In this document: piece after piece, positions 63,777 through 64,000 of the stretch
Position numbering within the stretch: the first letter of the stretch is position 1
How the letters are laid out: the number at the start of each line of letters is the position of its first letter
NCBI GenBank assembly: GCA_016432645.1
Contig: CP066698.1
Coordinates: 197,062-261,061, forward strand
Source of the DNA: Candidatus Falkowbacteria bacterium
GTDB taxonomy: Bacteria > Patescibacteriota > Patescibacteriia > Patescibacteriales > UBA12465
DNA: 64,000 bases
Reading direction: 5' to 3'
Made by a program: the position numbers and the translations under genes
Notes under the pieces: generated by a model
Told to the model about the DNA's origin: nothing
The model's database searches: none
The model's input: the letters and a program-made list of their open reading frames with translations, nothing else

Positions 63777-64000
63777 ATGAGAAAACCAAAAATTTTGCCA
63801 TTTGCTTCTGGGACGAAAGACGGGGGCGGCTCTGGATTTGAAGTCTTATTCCACGCGATTGAGGCGGGAAAATTGAACGCCGAAATGGTCGGCGTAGTCT
63901 CTAATCATGCTCATGGTGGCGTACGCGAACGCGCTGACCGCCTGGGCATTCCCTTTTACTTCATGGCTTCTTTTGAAGCTGAGGATTACCAAAAAATTGC
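63777..64000 (+). CDS. formyltransferase (PurN-like) N-terminal fragment, continuing beyond the window
   Basis: ILPFASGTKDGGGSGFEVL...AEMVGVVSNH resembles the PurN/Fmt N-terminal fold. Promoter TTGACA-N17-TAATTT at 63703-63731. Confidence 0.4.
   Translation, partial: MRKPKILPFASGTKDGGGSGFEVLFHAIEAGKLNAEMVGVVSNHAHGGVRERADRLGIPFYFMASFEAEDYQKI

Noticed and set aside
1-64000. CRISPR arrays, rRNA genes, IS elements/transposases, reverse transcriptase/DGR or retron components, toxin-antitoxin pairs
   Set aside because: I saw no regularly spaced direct repeats, no rRNA-like conserved stretches, and no transposase, RT or Cas-like translations in the ORF track or the spacers I read. Absence is by visual inspection only.

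Overview
AT-rich, tightly packed bacterial chromosome fragment. It has about 50 CDS and 2 tRNAs, and I saw no rRNA, CRISPR array, transposase or reverse transcriptase. By inference only, the protein set looks like a Candidate Phyla Radiation / Patescibacteria genome: a short UvrC, pilin-like/vWA giant surface proteins, a DUF4012-like protein, GHL/FG-GAP proteins, a sigma factor with a DUF5667-like partner, SIMPL, YibE/F and KilA-N. Layout: (1) 2-7590, + strand: serS, surface proteins, alr, ftsQ-like, xer. (2) 7685-11152: M23 peptidase, gltX, TagA-like glycosyltransferase. (3) 11213-27436: corA, then a cell-envelope locus with three lipoproteins, a predicted beta-barrel, three GT4 glycosyltransferases, a Wzz-like protein, an O-antigen-ligase-like protein, a GHL paralog and a DUF4012-like protein. 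(4) 27447-35490: wHTH regulator, PP2C-like membrane protein, 1685-aa orphan giant. (5) rplJ-rplL with an L10 leader, then two HAD genes. (6) A single-direction uvrB-CYTH-uvrA-(313 nt)-uvrC block. (7) A vWA/pilin-like giant surface protein with a Cys-rich partner, then lexA, gpsA, KilA-N. (8) A 1213-aa S-layer-like gene behind a 470-nt ORF-free structured region, then the sigma pair. (9) An HTH gene, a tRNA-like RNA and an sRNA, then HU, SIMPL, tRNA-Val/Leu, membrane proteins, ferritin and a purN-like gene start. Near-consensus sigma70 promoters (TTGACA-N16/17-TATAAT) and clean intrinsic terminators can be read by eye, and I used them to delimit transcripts. Findings most worth follow-up: (a) a tRNA-like cloverleaf with G3:U70 whose enlarged 'anticodon' loop is perfectly complementary over 14 nt to an adjacent sRNA that has its own promoter and terminator; (b) a dif-like 28-bp site next to the only Xer gene, at a + to - gene-orientation switch; (c) a ~270-nt + strand RNA, bounded by a promoter and a terminator, antisense to the uvrA-uvrC spacer; (d) the unassigned structured region upstream of the S-layer-like gene; (e) a lipoprotein plus beta-barrel cluster in what looks like a monoderm lineage. 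All calls come from reading the sequence and translations. No searches or folding programs were run.
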